Shown: piece by piece, positions 63,490 to 64,000 of the stretch
How positions within the stretch are numbered: position 1 is the stretch's first letter
Layout: the number at the start of each line of letters is the position of its first letter
IMG/VR virus record: IMGVR_UViG_3300025011_000017
Length of the DNA stretch: 64,000 nucleotides
Source: a virus
Lineage: Duplodnaviria; Heunggongvirae; Uroviricota; Caudoviricetes
Direction: 5' to 3' (one strand)
Translations under genes and position numbers: made by a program
The notes under the pieces: generated by a model
Database searches by the model: none
Told to the model about the DNA's origin: nothing
Seen by the model: the letters and a program-made list of their open reading frames with translations, nothing else

Positions 63490-63559
63490 TCTTAACATTC
63501 TGGAGTCGAACCAAAATAATTGCTGACTAGGCAATGCTTTACCTTTAAGCTACTGTTAG
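63490..63559 (-). pseudogene. degenerate tRNA-like element (loop CTAGTCA, no CCA)
   Basis: D arm GCTT/AAGC and GGTTCGACTCC T arm are intact; acceptor stem is bulged, position 37 is C, CCA is missing. Confidence 0.55.
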
Positions 63560-63604
63560 AAATTATTATTACAAAGGAATATATTTCCTTATTGCAAGCA
63601 AATT

Positions 63605-63679
63605 TGGCGGCCTATAGGAGAATTGAACTCCTGTCTCATGGTTGACAACCACGTATAATTACCACTATACCAATAGACC
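63605..63679 (-). tRNA. tRNA-Asp(GTC)
   Basis: CGTGG-TTGTCAA-CCATG, G73, CCA. Confidence 0.9.
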
Positions 63680-63683
63680 ATTT

Positions 63684-63770
63684 TGGCGGATAGTCAAGGA
63701 ATTGAACCCTGTAGACGCTACTAACGTCCTGCCGTTTTCAAGACGGTTTGCCACCATTTGCATACTATCC
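63684..63770 (-). tRNA. tRNA-Ser(TGA)
   Basis: CTTGAAA loop, long variable arm, G73, shortened D region, CCA. Confidence 0.8.
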
Positions 63771-63774
63771 ATTT

Positions 63775-63862
63775 TGGCGAGAGCTAAAGGATTTGAACCC
63801 TTACAAGCATTTTCTGTCCCTCGTTTTGGAGACGAGTGTTTTTCCAATTAAACTAAACTCTC
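63775..63862 (-). tRNA. tRNA-Trp(CCA) with atypical 17-nt variable region
   Basis: CTCGT-CTCCAAA-ACGAG, G73, CCA; 88 nt long. Confidence 0.8.
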
Positions 63863-63865
63863 ATT

Positions 63866-63942
63866 TGGCTGTGAGAGCAGGGATCGAACCTGCGACATTT
63901 CGGTTAACAGCCGAACGTTCCACCTATCTGAACTATCCCACA
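63866..63942 (-). tRNA. tRNA-Asn(GTT)
   Basis: TTCGG-CTGTTAA-CCGAA, G73, CCA. Confidence 0.92.
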
Positions 63943-64000
63943 ATATTTCAAGTACATTGCCTTAAATGATATTTTGGAAGGCTTTTCCTCTAAACCTTAT

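Noticed and set aside
62321-63969. ORFs 62321-62620, 62563-62754, 63642-63851, 63665-63847 and 63748-63969
   Set aside because: They overlap tRNA genes or the structured RNA and arise from locally higher GC.
1-64000. CRISPR array, rRNA, IS element or att site
   Set aside because: No regularly spaced repeat-spacer units, rRNA motifs, transposase or host-phage junction were seen.

Overview
AT-rich segment of a large tailed phage or prophage of a Bacillota host; no host housekeeping genes are visible. Gene order resembles SPbeta/c-st-like siphoviruses. Bases 1-2750 (+ strand) hold the end of an early/middle block: a possible HD-domain (p)ppGpp hydrolase C-terminus, a RuvC-like resolvase and a DGQHR/DndB-like protein. 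From about 64 kb down to 2.86 kb everything runs on the - strand: a 16-tRNA array (with an HNH gene, degenerate tRNAs, a CCA-ended minihelix and several long-stem non-tRNA RNAs), then terminase, portal, protease/scaffold, decoration and major capsid genes. An accessory island of about 25 kb follows, then head-tail and tail genes, a tyrosine recombinase, the tape measure protein, tail-tip proteins and the lysis cassette. The strongest signal is in that island: an apparently intact GDP-D-glycero-alpha-D-manno-heptose pathway (gmhA, hddA, gmhB, hddC) with an SDR enzyme, three GT4-like glycosyltransferases, an O-acetyltransferase and an SGNH hydrolase. It lies two genes downstream of the major capsid gene and is followed by large FN3/SPRY/lectin/propeller adhesins. 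This is a candidate self-sufficient virion heptosylation system. All family calls come from motif recognition by eye; no database searches or folding programs were run.
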